Positions 24,984-38,100 of a DNA stretch of 64,000 bases are shown here, one piece after another; position 1 is the stretch's first letter, and each line of letters opens with the position of its first letter. The notes under the pieces are model-generated. The model made no database searches. It was not told the DNA's origin and worked only from the letters and a program-made list of their open reading frames with translations. Made by a program: the position numbers and the translations under genes. The DNA comes from Anthoceros angustus (Eukaryota; Plantae; Anthocerotophyta), in contig MU008206.1 in NCBI GenBank assembly GCA_010909165.1, positions 336,229-400,228 on the forward strand, written 5' to 3'.

Positions 24984-27900
24984 GAGTTTCGGAGGAAATT
25001 GTCGAACACGCTATCCATGACTACTTCAAGTCCTTTCGATGAGCGTGCTCCGTGTCCTCAAAGTTGTCAATTTCCTCCATGGCATTGTCTTGAGGCATGG
25101 TCATCTCCAGCCGATCTTTGGAGTCGTGCCATGCCGTCAAGGTCCGCCGCCCAACGCCTAGGAGGTCGCCGGACTTCTCCTTCATTCTGCTGGCGGCCAA
25201 ACGCACAACCTGCGACTGTGACCCATCCTTCTCAGACAAACTAACCTCTTTTGCGACCTCGACGATGTGGCTCATGATTCAACTCCTCTTCTGCGTCTGG
25301 GAGAACTTCGTATACATGGACTCTCTGGGGAATGAACCCTGCGCACCTCTTGTCCACCTCGATTGCAATGCAGTTGCGCCCGCAGAGCAAAGCTGCCAAT
25401 GTTGTTGACCCGCTACCAGCACAAACATCCAAAATCCAGTCCCCCTCCTTCGAGAAACTTTTGATGAGCTTCATCATCAAAGCCAAAGGCCTTTGGTAAG
25501 CATGCACCACCGGCTTGTCCAATGATGTACAACAACTTCTTCACCATCGTAGGGTGGCCAATGACCCCGCCCATTATTGAAAGACCCATGGATGTTAGTA
25601 GGGATCATGCAGATTTTTGACCTTTGACTCTCGATGTTAACCCCCATCCTATAGTGATGTACTCCATAGTGTCATACCCACCCAAGTCGTTGTGCATGTT
25701 CGCTTGTCCCATACAAAGACACCAACCCTCCTCCCTGCACCACTTTCGCATGGCCTCCCTCACAACATGCCGCTCTTCAACACCATGCATCACTATCATT
25801 CTCATCTCCGGCAATGGTCATGTCATGGAGCAGGTGAAATATTTTTCCCAATTGAAAGTGGTCTAACTTCACATCATGTTTACCTCTGAATCCTCTGGTA
25901 CGTCCATGACCATCAGGGTGTACTTGCGGCCCCTTAGAAACCCCCTCATACCTGCTGCATCTCTAGAAATGACCTGGTACTTGACAATGTCCTCTGTTTT
26001 TGGCACTATGAACGATTGAAGCCCTTCCTCCATGTGCATATCTGCTAGCGCTCTTTGCTCATTTTCAAGTCCCTTCCATGTATGGACCTCGAGAATAAAG
26101 GCTTGAAAATCATCAGGTAATTTCTTTAGGTCCTCAACATCTTTCACTTGCTGCATGGAATGGCAAACATCATGGGTTAGCGTGAGAGACTGGAAGGCCT
26201 TGGCAGCAGAGCCGGCGCCCTCACAATCGCCTTTCACAGAATGGAAGGAAATATGGTTACCTTGCCCTCAAATGCGGTTTGAAATCTTGCAATAACTTCG
26301 TCTGAGGAGTGTTGAGGGTATTCTTGTCTCACCATTTCGAATGAGTCACAACCCGGATGTTTTGCCATTGCCACACGAATGAAATTTCTTCCGAGTGTAA
26401 CTTCCTTCGACATTCCGTTTAGGTCCAAGAGGCCACCAAGATTTCTCCGTGCACTTATCAACATCTGTTGTCCCGACTCTCGGAAGGATTCCTTGAAAGC
26501 TTCGCCACGGCTTCCCTGCATCTCTTTGGGCTTCACAAAACTCCATCAACTTGTTTTGTCTCGCTGCCTTGCCTTCCGCTTACCTTTGCTCTTTTGCTTG
26601 TTCTGCTGCGACATGCTCACCGCCGGTAGCTCACCCGCTTCCCACTTCGGAAAAATTTTGTCCACATTCTCCCAGACCTTACCCTCTAGTTTTGCAATGC
26701 ACAGTATATGGGTTCTGTTGTCCACCTTGTTCTGCTTGTACTGCTCATCTTCACGGCCTTCATCGTCTTCAATCAAACCAAGCACCTTGTAGAGATTGAA
26801 TTTCCAGTTCATGGACATGATGACATGATCCCGCTTAGCTATCTGCAACTCATCCTGGAGATACCGAACCTGCTCAATAAAATTCATCTTCTTTCGCTTG
26901 TCCGCCATCTGGTTGTGATCGGTAGCCAGAATCCTCATCTCAGAGACAGTTAGGCCACAATACACATGGGCTTCGATCCACTGAAAACGCGCCTTCCCCG
27001 GTGAGATATCCGCAAGGTGCCTCATGGCTGCGTAGGTATGGTTTCCACCTAATACGCCCATGACATACTTCTTCGCCCTAAACCTTTTCCAATCAAGCTG
27101 TTCAATGTCCTCGCATTCTGCAGGATCAATCATACATAGAAGAGGAAGCACTCCTTCTTCAATCCTCCCCTTAGCAATGACGCGAGCAAGATAATTGGCC
27201 CATGCCTCATCAACTTTCCGGATCTGGGCATCAGGGGTCAGGAAGGAAGCTGGGCGCAAATTTTCCAGTTTTACCAAAACAATTTCGGGAACAACCTTTT
27301 TGGAGTATGCAGACTGTCGAACATTCGTCAGATAGTCTTCCTCCATGTGCGACGCCGCCAAGCGCTCACTGTCGGTTTCCACATGAAGAGTTTGAATCTC
27401 ATTGCTGTCAGATGGTCTGGTGCCGCGCTTGCCTGTCTTCCGACTTTGCCCTCGACTACTCCAGTTGTGTTACTCCGCAATCCCTTTGCCTGCTTTTGCC
27501 TTTTGTGAAGTGGTGAGGAGTCGGAGTATGGACCCCTCCTTGGAAGGTGGGCGCGGCATCTTGCGGCTCCCTTCTTCCCATCGTCGTCGGCAGGCGGCGG
27601 CATCGGCGCCTCTTCCTCACCGGCGGCGATGGGGCGGCGGCGCCGGCGCCTCTTCCTCACCTCCGTCGGGGGCGGCGGCATCGGCGCCCCTCTTCTCCAT
27701 GCTGGGCGCCGGCATGCGCAGCGGGCGGCTGGCGGGCGGCGCCTCTATCGCCAGCGGGCGCCGGCATGCCGGCGCCACCACCCACCTTCTCGATGCAGGC
27801 TTCCACACCACCCAAGTGCTAGGGTGTCTCCGACCTTGGGATACTGGCGGGCGGCATGCGGCGTCCTCCCTCTCCCACTTCCTCTCGATATATGGGATAG

Positions 27901-28986
27901 AATCATATCCATTGACGCCCGGGAGGTCCAACTCGACCTCCCCACCACGACCTTCTCCCCATGCCCCGAAGCCTCATCATCTGAATGTCCCAAAACATCC
28001 GGGAATGGCCCATCTTCTTCATCCGATGGCCCAAACTCATTCTCCTCTTCGTCATCAACAAATGCCATTTCCTTGTGCAAACACACCAAGTCCTTGGCGT
28101 TATCCGATATGAAACCTCCTTTGTGAGTTTTGATGGAGGAGGTAATGGCTTCGCATAGTTTTCAGACACTTCCTTCCAAATGAATGCACCAAACCAGATC
28201 GCAAGAGAAAGAGCGCAAGGTGAAGCGTTCCATTTGAAACAACAAGCAATGCTAAAAAAAGGTTGTGTTGGGTGGCACTCACACTCTTAGCACGCAACGC
28301 TTCTCGAAATTTCAGGGACAAGGCTCGCGGCTCACACTTGCGGGCATTGAAGTTGGCCAGACTCACTGTAAACACACTGTAATCTTCTGTTGTTACTGGA
28401 AGAGTGTTGAATTCATATGGCCTTCTAGTGCATAGGATCTCGAACTGTGGCTCCTGTTGCTCCATATCAATTGTTGCCCACACCACCCACCCCGCCTGCG
28501 GCCCTCCGATTCGGCAAGGCTCCCGCTGTCCATACATCCACAACTTCAGCATTGGAGTCATGCTCCGCATCGCCCCTGCATTCGTTAAAACCACTCTGTC
28601 CACATTAGTTTCTTCTACTGCTTGCTGTGGCGCCGGATCATGACAGATTCCTCGTATGTGTAAGGAGAAGGGAATGGTTCTGGAGCTTTTGCCCTCGGTG
28701 GTTTGGCCAGCCGCTTTTCTCCCCTCCAATACTTGTGCTTGCCAGACCCAGCGATCCAGACTTTCCTGAGACCTGGGCTCCTCCCGAACCATGGTCGATT
28801 GCAGTGCTGGATTTGCCTCCAACTGATCCTCCAGTTGCCGTGGACACACGCGCTCCACCTTCTCGCGGCAAAGTGTCGCTCTTCTTCTGTTTTGTCTTGC
28901 GATGCTTGCGCGGCTTTTCCACTGGGTCTGGGGCCAACAGAGGGCCATCTTGCAGGTCCTTCTTGCTGCGTCTCCCACTTGCCATG
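24984..28986 (-). CDS. ParB/Srx-like domain fused to a beta-class N4-cytosine/N6-adenine DNA methyltransferase (frameshifted as assembled)
   Basis: Consecutive minus-strand ORFs join into one ~1300-aa product. It has a low-complexity N-terminus and a ParB-like block (QIRKVDEAWANYL...VLGGNHTYAAM, GGNH at 27038-27049; ATDHN). The MTase part has motif IV-like LMVMDVPE (25893-25904), HAYQRPLALMMKLIKSFSKEGDWILDVCAGSGSTTLAA (motif I, 25400-25429) and GRNCIAIEVD. Probable intron at ~28281-28172. Confidence 0.8.
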
Positions 28987-30199
28987 GCCCTGATGATGTC
29001 TTCACAAACGAAAAGACATGGAGAAATCGGGCGCAGAATCACATACAAACCGCAATCACACAAAGAAGATGACAACAACTTGCACACGACGCCCGCCGTC
29101 CGATGCCTCGCGTGCACACACCGTCTCCTCCAATGGTGATCCTGCGCCTGAAGGCAGCTTGCTCGAGCTCCACAAGGTGTCGCCCAACCAATCCTTCGAA
29201 AACGGAACAGGCAAAAGGGCGCGCACAGAGAGTTATGTATTACGCTCACTCCGGCACAGAGGGGAAGGAGGAACAGCTTGCCCTGACGCGTGGCACCCTA
29301 ATTAAGTCCTGGCATCATGGCATATCTAGTGGAAATGCACCAAATCCGCGTTCTTAGTAACACTCGATATTTAAAAATAGCAATAGCGGCTCCTGCAAAC
29401 CCTAGGTGTAATGAGATTATGACTGCGTTTGCGTATCACAAAGGATGGTGTATGCCAATGAATATGTAGTTAAGGCACCGCCGCCCTTCTCCGTGCATGA
29501 TGTCCTATGCGCGCCAAACGAGTGGCGTGGACAAAGCTGGACATGACCTTATAGTGGTTTGCTATCTTCAGCCATTCTATAGAACTAGTTTGTGTGTGCT
29601 CTTCTTGTGCTTTTCGAAGGGACCGCTGACAAAGATGCTCACTGCGACGCACAACACCGATGAAGCGGAGGTGTTTGCACTGCTTTGTGGATGAAGGCCG
29701 GACTATCCTTACTTCCTTAAGTCTTCCTCACCAATTCCATTTGTGACGCAGGGGATCCGCGAAGATGCCGAGTACGGTGAGGTTTCGGAAGCCTCTGAAT
29801 TCCTAAGGTCGATGGACATGAGAAGCAGAGAAGCCAGACATGCAAGACTGGCGCCGATGAACCCAATGAAGGCAATGTCAACATGCCCGCCTCGCCTTGC
29901 CTTTGAGTGAGTGTTATTTGACCCGACGTCTTGTAGTCTTGTGCTTGGGTCTAAATCTACGATGGTGGGATCGGGTAGGACATTACTTTCTTAATCATAA
30001 GGCTTGCGGCGATCATCCGCTTTTCCGCCTCGCAGTCCGGGGTGGAGAGCGACGCAAGACAACGGATGCCCGGTATGTGCCAAGAACTCCGAGAAACGTG
30101 AACCTCTATCGCGCATTGGAGAAAAGTCCGCGGGGTCGACGAGGCCAGAGGCGGTGGAAAGCGTAACTCGCTGCACGGGCTTGTTCACCATTCATGGTC

Positions 30200-31035
30200 G
30201 ATGAAGGGGTGCTTCGCGAATAGTCGGCTCGCCACGCACGGGAATGCCGGAAGATGTGCGCTGAAGGTGAAGAGGGTGATGACGAGGAATTTCGGACTCT
30301 TATCTCATCACGGAAATAGCGGGTACAATGGATAACAATGAAGGAGAAGGATTTGGAACATGTACAAGACCAACGTATCACCCAAAGCCACTGTCGGAGA
30401 CAATGCAGTGTGCCCCTCTGGCTGCCAGTATGTTGCAAAAGCGGAGCGGTGGTGTTGAGGAAGAGTGAAACTGTTCCAGACTGAAGATTCTGAAACCATG
30501 CTGCACGAAGCTGTGCCTCCCTATGCTGCCAAAAGAATCGTTTCAAGAAGAGCGTCTGCGATTCTTGGATCTGGGAAGAGGAGAACAGGAGAGGTTCTTG
30601 GAGGCACTTGTTCGCCCACACAAAGACGCTAGTGCAAAGGGGAAGGTGCAGACGTTTCTCATGCACCGGGCACCACTAAGATGCTGTTTGAAAGCCTTCA
30701 GACGCATGTATTGCATTGGGTCTGCCAGGTATGAAGAATTGAAGACCAGAGTCCTGAGTAATGCTCCTTGGGATGGGAACAAGCCAAACCCTTGTCAAAA
30801 ATCCACACACTCTCTTGGTGCGATTGAGTGGATGGACGCAACTTTCTTGCATCTCGCTGAGAGGTTGCCGAATGTTGAAGTCTATAACTTGCCTGATACT
30901 TTTACCAAGCATGAAGTTTGGTCACAATACAAGCAGGGGATGGACAAAACATGCTTGCGGTACATATCATATGCGTACTTCCTCAGATTATGGGAACAAA
31001 ATTTTCCGCGCGTGAAAATTCCCAAGTCAAATGTT
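30200..31035 (+). mobile_element. N-terminal half of a Sola/DUF7869-like DNA transposase, truncated before the catalytic core
   Basis: Reads KPCCTKLCL...R.RF, CLKAFRRMYCIG..RY, LAERLPN, YNLPDTFTKHEVWSQY, ISYAYFLRLWEQNFPRVKIPK, then switches abruptly to AT-rich DNA at ~31035. Possible upstream exons at 29500-29900. Confidence 0.65.
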
Positions 31036-32399
31036 CTCAAGATGCCTTGTACTGGATCAAGTATAACATTAATCAAGGTGCATGTGCATGGTTTGAGTAT
31101 TCACTAACAAAGGGTAATTTACAACAAGCAAATGGTCACTTTTTGTCACCTTTAGAAGAATTTGAAATATCTCACACATGACAATAGTAATAGACTCCCT
31201 ATTTTTTGAGTAGTCTCAAAAGTAGTATGAAGTACATGGACCAAGTTTCATTGTCATTGGATTTTTCATGAAGGAGATATAAAATGACAAACTTCGTAAA
31301 TAGTTTCAGTACAAGGATTTGAAAATGAGGACCTTCAATTCGTGTTTACACTATACAATGTGAAGCAAAGTTGTAGATAGTGTTGAGGGCTATAGAACTA
31401 GCAAAGAAAATATGGACAATGATTCCCAGTAAAAATTAAAGCTGATTTACTTCTTGAGTAAATTTTGAGCTTAGGATAAAATAATTATGGAAAAGAATAT
31501 TTGATGATATTTAATAAAATATGAAATTGATGGAGTTTTAAATATATGGGAATGAATATGAAAAATGTCTACTCAGAAAAATCCTAGTAGGAAAATTAAT
31601 CGCGAGGTGAGAACTAACCTTCAGAGGTGAAAACGGGCAAGAAAGTGGTCATTGACCGGGTGAGTGGTGATAAAAGGGTTCATTTTTGGCCACGGTTTGG
31701 TGCACCCTTGATTTTGAATCTAGCTTTAGTATGGGGCCGGTTGCTAGCCTTGTGAAGTGGGATCGGGGCTCGGTTTGAAAGCGAGCCTGGAAGCTCGCAG
31801 TGCGGTTGCGGTTGCGGTGGGGTATAGTTCACGTCGCGTGTGCGAGTGCAAGTGCAAGTGCGGCGGAGTGCGGCCTGCAGGTGTGGGTGTGGGTGCGGGT
31901 GCGGTAAAGGGTGTGCTGTGGCATCTGGATCTTGCCTATACGGTGGTATTAGCAGTTGTCACACCTTGAAGTGGAGCTTTTATGTCTTATTCTTCTTGTG
32001 TAGTGTGCACAGCAGTGCGACCTTCCTTGGTCTTCAGAAGAACTAGTTATTTCAATGTAACCACTGAGCCTTAAGGAGGCAAGCAGCTGTTACCTGGTCA
32101 TTTCGAGCTGTGACGATGTGATGTTTGCTTGCCTTCTGAAGGCTTGTGTTTGCCACAGTCTAGCCCTATTAGCATTCTGACCAGTACCTGGATTTGTTGG
32201 CTCCGCCACACACCCACCTTAGGTTTCTCTATGCATGCACCTGCGGCTTCTTCATCCCATGTGCACGCCCGCGGGCATGGGACTTCAACATGCAAGGTTG
32301 TACCTTCATTCTCACATCGCAGCTGCGTTGCTAGCACCAATTGCTCCCAATATTGAAAGCAACGAATCTGAGACGGTGTGCACTTAGCTTTCCAGGAGT

Positions 32400-35300
32400 T
32401 GGCCTAGTTCATGAAAAGCTGAGTCCACACCCTCCTAGGTGCTTGGCTTTAGGTTCCACGGTTTTGACCATGGAAAGAAAGATGACTTCTGGACACCTAT
32501 TCTGAATCTGGCCTGGATTCATTTTTTGGTTTGAAGGTTCCGAGTTTGAATGAATATCATTCAATTCCCAGGTTTGTTGATCCCCACAATTTGCGAGGTT
32601 TTTCCATGTGCAAGTGAAGGTGGAGTGGTCGACGTTGCGCGCAAAGATGTCAGTAGGAAGGGCAGATTCCACTCGACAATGAGGCTTTTTGTTGGCTTTG
32701 ACTGCATGCCATTGTCATAGATTGTAAACCGATGATGCCCTTTCACGCAAGCCATCTATTTCCAGATCAAGGAAATGACCATTATCATCGCCATTTTCGG
32801 TATTCAACACTAGGTGCATAGAACTATGTGTCCCGAAGTTTGTGGCAAGGTCTCCATGGCACTATTGGAGGAAAAAGGTGAAGCGAATATGGTGAGTCTA
32901 TGTAGTTCGGTAGCTTGGTTACAATGGCTTTGCCTTTACAAATTGCAATGATTAAAATTGGTTAGAATTCTAATGTGCTCATTCTTCCCACATGTGTTGG
33001 TTGAAGGGCTATGAGGTGCTGAAAGACATGGAAGTCCCTTTGTTTTATGGGTTTGGAGTTGACAAGTCACATGGTTGGGGTCCGCTTGACACACAACCCG
33101 CTGATTCCATGTTCCTCCAAAGACAAAGACCAAAATTTGCACATCTTGCACAAGAGCAAGACTACTACGCTGCAGCATCAAACAAACATAGCCAAACGGC
33201 ACATCGCACAACAAAGTCTACACCTGTTAACAACCTATGGGCACCAGACTGATAGTGGTCTTACGGATCACAAAAGTCTCTTCCCACTATTGGTAGGAGC
33301 GCCAGTCACACCACCTCTCCTCCATCTTTGCATTCGTGTCTTCAAAACTTCCGTAACATTTTCAGTTTGTATGCAGCCTTCCTTAACCTTCCGGTGTGAT
33401 CGAAGTCCCACAGTCGTTTGTTTCGCACCATGGTCTCGCCTGCCGCCAGGCCAACCGGTGGTGGCCTGGAGTCCACTGGGACTCGCGTGAAGGCCGGGCC
33501 GGATCATGAACCCTAACCCGCCTTCCTCCTTGGCTACACACCTCTACGTTGGTGGTCGGCACCTCCTTCGCCTTTTCCATTGCCAACGATGATGACCACC
33601 ATGTGACTGCTTGCCTTGTGAGTGTCTTTGAAGAATGACGCAAGAGATAATTAGTGTCAAGAAGAAAGGTGGGGAGATGACTTTCAAAGTTTTTAGGGTT
33701 CATGGACCCACTGACGAATAGCTTAGTGAGTGTAGGGCATGGTTTTCCATAGTAACCCTTCGGAACTCATGACCCCATGGCGCCTCACCACCCTCGTGCA
33801 CAACGCCTGTGAGAAGGCATATGTGGGCGTTGAGGAAGACCGCGGCTAAGATTGCATCCGAGGCTAGGATACATGTGGCGGAGGCTAGCAAGGAGGATTG
33901 CTGTGCAAGGGCGGTGTCCGCTAGGGGTGATCCTGTCCACACACCACCTACTAGAAGAAGTGCCAGTCTGATGCCGCACTGGGGCTTGGATGCCGGGTTC
34001 CCCTTCAAGACATGGAGGCGGAGGTTCCTCCGTGATCGAGGACCGTGGTTCGCACTGGGTACACCGTGGGGAGGTCCGCTTGGGATTCCTTTCGTGAACC
34101 CCACGTGGACATGCCTCGCCATCGCTACTCCTCCGCACGCCAAGTGGTAGTGGGCCATCTCGCACTTCATCAATGTAACGCGCGTTGGCGAGCCCGCCGA
34201 GTGCGAGATGAAGCCCTTGCCGGCAAATCAACGTGTGGGAAAAGCCGGGCAAGTCAACTTGCTCGAGAGATTGGGCTCTCTTCTTGGAGCGGACAAAAAT
34301 ACACATCGCTCAGAGAGTGAGATTATGGAACGATGTTGACCTTGCCCATGTCAAGGCATGCCGCCTTCCATTCCGAGCCCAAAGAGATGAAGCGATGTTG
34401 TTGTTGTTGAAGAACATGAAGGCGCATTCTCGCTTGAAGAATGTGCAAAGACACGTACTAATTTGCGGGCAAGGAAAACGCGTTCTTCAACATAATTTTG
34501 TCGGTGCGCAGACCTCGGTTTGCAATCTCTCCTTGGTCGTGCCATTGGTGTGGATAGGCGTGTGATCCGTTCGCCTTTGATGATTCTCGAGTGCCGGATT
34601 ACGTGTCGCCTATTTTTGGGGGCGGGGCCGTTGCTCGATGTGTTGTGCACAAGTGTGATGCCGTGAAGCAATTTTGGGAGCGAGCCGGCCCTCAAACACC
34701 AAGGATGCCAAGCGCATTAGGATTGCTAAAGACGTTTGAGAAACACATTGTCCATTTCACGGACATGTCGCAGTGACACAACCAATAGTCTCGCTTGCGT
34801 CGTTGTTGGGGTCTACTGCTTTTCATGTTCGCGAGAACCCGAGCCGTGGGTTTGCAACGCAAGCAAGTTTCATAAATTGCGTGCCACATTGTTTGTTGCA
34901 CTCTGGTACTTCTGTGTTCAACACTTCCATTGTTGGACAGTTGCCGTAAAGAGTCATTTTCATAGGCTTTCCCTGCATGCAACATTGCTTCCCAGATTGA
35001 GTACTCTGGGTGGAAGGTAGCGTGCAGGCACTAGCCTAGGAAAATCTCTGTCCCGCAAGTGTGTGCCCCCGTTTTTTGTTTGGTCAATTCTTTGTGGGAA
35101 ACCTGAGTATGGGTACTACTGATCCCGATTGCAAATGGTGGTTTGCCTAACTTACAAGTGGTGCAGCAGATTGTGGATCGACGCATCTATCTCGCTGGTA
35201 CCATACTAGTGTGTTTCCGTGACAAGGATGCGGTGTGGTTATCCGTGATTGGTGGGCAGCCGAACCTGGATGATGGTGTGCCTTACATGAGGTTGGGGTT

Positions 35301-36520
35301 AACCTTAAGTGGATGGTGGTGCGACTCCATGTGTATGGTGGTCTCGACTCCATGTGTATGGTGGTCTCGACTCCATGTGTATGGTGGTGTGCCTCACGTG
35401 ACTCCAGTGCCGGTCCGCCTTCAAGTGGTTTGTGGTGTGGGTCTTGGTGGATTGTGGTTTGCCACAGAGTGGGTGCTTGTGGCGCATAATGGAGGGAGAT
35501 GTGGGTCTTAGTGCATGGTGGTTAGCCTCACGGGATGGTGGTGTACCTCATAGTGGCTCTAAGTGCATGGTGGCCTTCCTCATGAATAGAGGATTGGTCT
35601 CTAAGTGGATGGTGGCCTCCCTCATAGGATTATGGTCGCCTCTTAGTGGAAGCGGGTCTCGCCTTTACAAGTGGTGCATGGAGTGCCTCTAACTGGAAGG
35701 TGGTGCGCCTCTAAGTGGACGGTGATGTGCCTCATAGTGGAGGGGTGTGCTTTACCGGGGGGGCCTCCTAGTGTGTGTGATGGCCCTCATAGTGGAATTT
35801 TGAACGTGGCCATCGATTGCCTCATTAATGTGTTTTTGGGTCTACATGGGTGGATGGCATGAATTTTTCTTCGTTCGTAGAACAAAGATCCCGGCATCCA
35901 GTTGGACAACGGCATTCGAGAAGTTGAAGCCATATTATGTGAAAAGCTTGCAGAGGAATGTCATTCGAGGGTATCACGTGAAATGGCTTTTCTAAAGGAT
36001 GCGAATGCTTACATACCATTTCGAATACACCTCGTGAGGTTGCCCATGTGATCGCGGCATTTGCCGCCCGCAGTGCCTCAACCTCCGGGTGTTGTGCCCC
36101 ATTATCGACCTATTCATCGCTGAGAGCATTAGGACGCCCTTTGTGAGAAAGAGGCGGATTTAATGGCACAACTTGGAATGCCTTTCGTGCAAATGTGAGC
36201 CTGTGGAGTGCAAGAAGGTATTGTTTTGTCCTGGAAACCAAAGATTGACGTCCTACCAAATGTTACCATCAATTGGAGGTGCTTCCAGACCAAGTTGTCG
36301 GGAAGACAGGAGGGTGTTGACAAGAAGCGTATTAAGTTGGTCTTCATGGAGACACACCATGGACATGGTTCTCAGTACATGAAAGACAAGCGCAGGCTTT
36401 TATTTTGCACGACTTCCGCAAAGGTGGCGGGGCCCGGAATTTCGACGCATGTGGAATTGTTTCCCAAAGATGTTGTGGTGCTCGACTTCTCAGAACTATG
36501 CCTTTGGTGTGCGTAATCTA
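32400..36520 (+). pseudogene. Highly degenerate SWIM/MULE-like transposon gene
   Basis: Scattered protein-like fragments: DKSHGWGP, AKRIRIAK followed by a Cys-rich SWIM-like stretch (~34710-34930), a splice acceptor at ~35880 and C-terminal WRCFQ...LLFC. Many stops and frameshifts; the family is recalled, not verified. Confidence 0.3.
35305..35800. repeat. Minisatellite-like repeats
   Basis: cgactccatgtgtatggtggt occurs 3 times in tandem (~35322-35390), followed by recurrent ctaagtggatggtgg and cctcatagtgg units. Confidence 0.7.
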
Positions 36521-37069
36521 AACCACCCATGCACCGTATAACGACTAAGTTACAATTTTGGTCCTTGTTTTCACCACGGGACACGAGGTAGATGTCATGA
36601 ACCTGTGTCCGGTGTCCACAAGTATTATCACTTTTTGTTAGTGATGACATGCTACACGATACCCTTTTGTGCAGATTGCTTGGTCTCCATTGGCGTGGAT
36701 GCGAACTGGGTTTCAAGGCCTCGAACACTGGTATGGCCGGATGGTGCTGGGTCTCACTACATGCACCATCGACTATGTGGCGAGGTATCCAAGCATAACA
36801 GGGGATGCAACATGTTATGGTCTTATTTTGGTAGTGGCTATGGGAAGGGGGGAACACGATGGAGCCGGAGCTATTTTTGAAGCGCGCTCTTCAGGCGCAA
36901 GAGTCTCACTGAGCACTGGAGCACCGCCCGATCACAGAATCTTTGCAGATGTTGTTGCATTCCTTCGCTCCACAATATCCTGGAGGAGCGTAGCTTCAGC
37001 CAGCCATGCAGTTGCCGTAGAATGGTTTTGCATCCAAGAAAAGAGGCCACATTTACCCTCTATGTCGTT

Positions 37070-38100
37070 ATAGTCCTAGGATTCGATCCCAAGGGAATGT
37101 TGTGTCAAGGTGTGCTAAATCTATGGATTCTAGACACCCCGCCGCCACTACCCCACCTTCTCCACCACCGCCCAAACCCACCACTGTAGACTCGGCCACC
37201 GCAGTGGCTTCACCGTGGCGGTCCCACCACAGGCCGCCTCATGGAGTCTATTCACACCTTCTCTAACACGGACCTAGGGGCTATGGGCATACGGATACAC
37301 CTATATACGCCTCACTTACTTGGGAATTTCTGCGATTCCACCACACGCCCACTCCTTACGCACGATTTTCCCTCACACACCTCTCTCCCACAAGACTCAA
37401 CTCCCTCCGAACCTTTCCTTCCAATGAACTCTCCTCGCCTCACGGGCCAGCAAGATCGACGTCGTGGTCCGCCTGCGCGTCGACGAGCAGGCCCTGCNTC
37501 GCCATCACGCACATGTACCAACCACCAAGTTGTCGGGATCGCGTTTCGTGAAGTTTGAGGAAGAAGGGTATTATCCATTATCCTTTTGATTTTCCTTTTC
37601 GGAAATTAGGTATTTTCTGGATTTTCCTCTATATATAAATCCGCTTAAATACTTTTAATTAGTTTTAATTCCACCTATTTCTTGAAGTTGGGTTATTAGT
37701 TTCTCATCTCGTTCTCCTTAAGTGGGAGTTATTTTAATAGTGATTATTACTTTCAGTTTACCTTAAGTTTTACTTTATGCCTTTAAGTAAAGTTTAGTTA
37801 GGGACTAGTTTTACTAGACTAGTTTTCCTAGACCTCTTTTGGTCGAAAATCACCCCTAGTTCATAGTGAGTGGGAGTGATAAAATAGCTTACTATTAGGG
37901 CACTCTTCACTAGGGCACCTAGGACTTAATAATTAATTTAGTCCTTAGGGCTCTAGGTAGTTTCTTTTAGTAGTTATTTAATTGGTTAGTTGTTACAACC
38001 ACTTATTGGTTACAACTACCTTGCCTACATAAAGGCATGTACTTTCTATTATGAATGTAATGCAACACATATTGCTAGAGCTTGTGTATGATTCTCATCA
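37070..38100 (+). mobile_element. 3' fragment of a copia element related to 14986-22012 (3' region, PPT, LTR 37877-38100)
   Basis: ccctagttcatagtgagtgggag-tgat matches the PPT junction of the first copia. The LTR shares actattagggcactcttcactagggcacctag and ends tgtgtatgattctcatca but is clearly diverged. The left boundary is approximate, and there is an ambiguous base n at 37498. Confidence 0.88.

Noticed and set aside
24040-31657. Small GGTCA/TGACC palindromes (24040-24053, 31647-31657) as termini of the MTase transposon
   Set aside because: Too short, with no extended terminal inverted repeat or TSD identifiable by eye.
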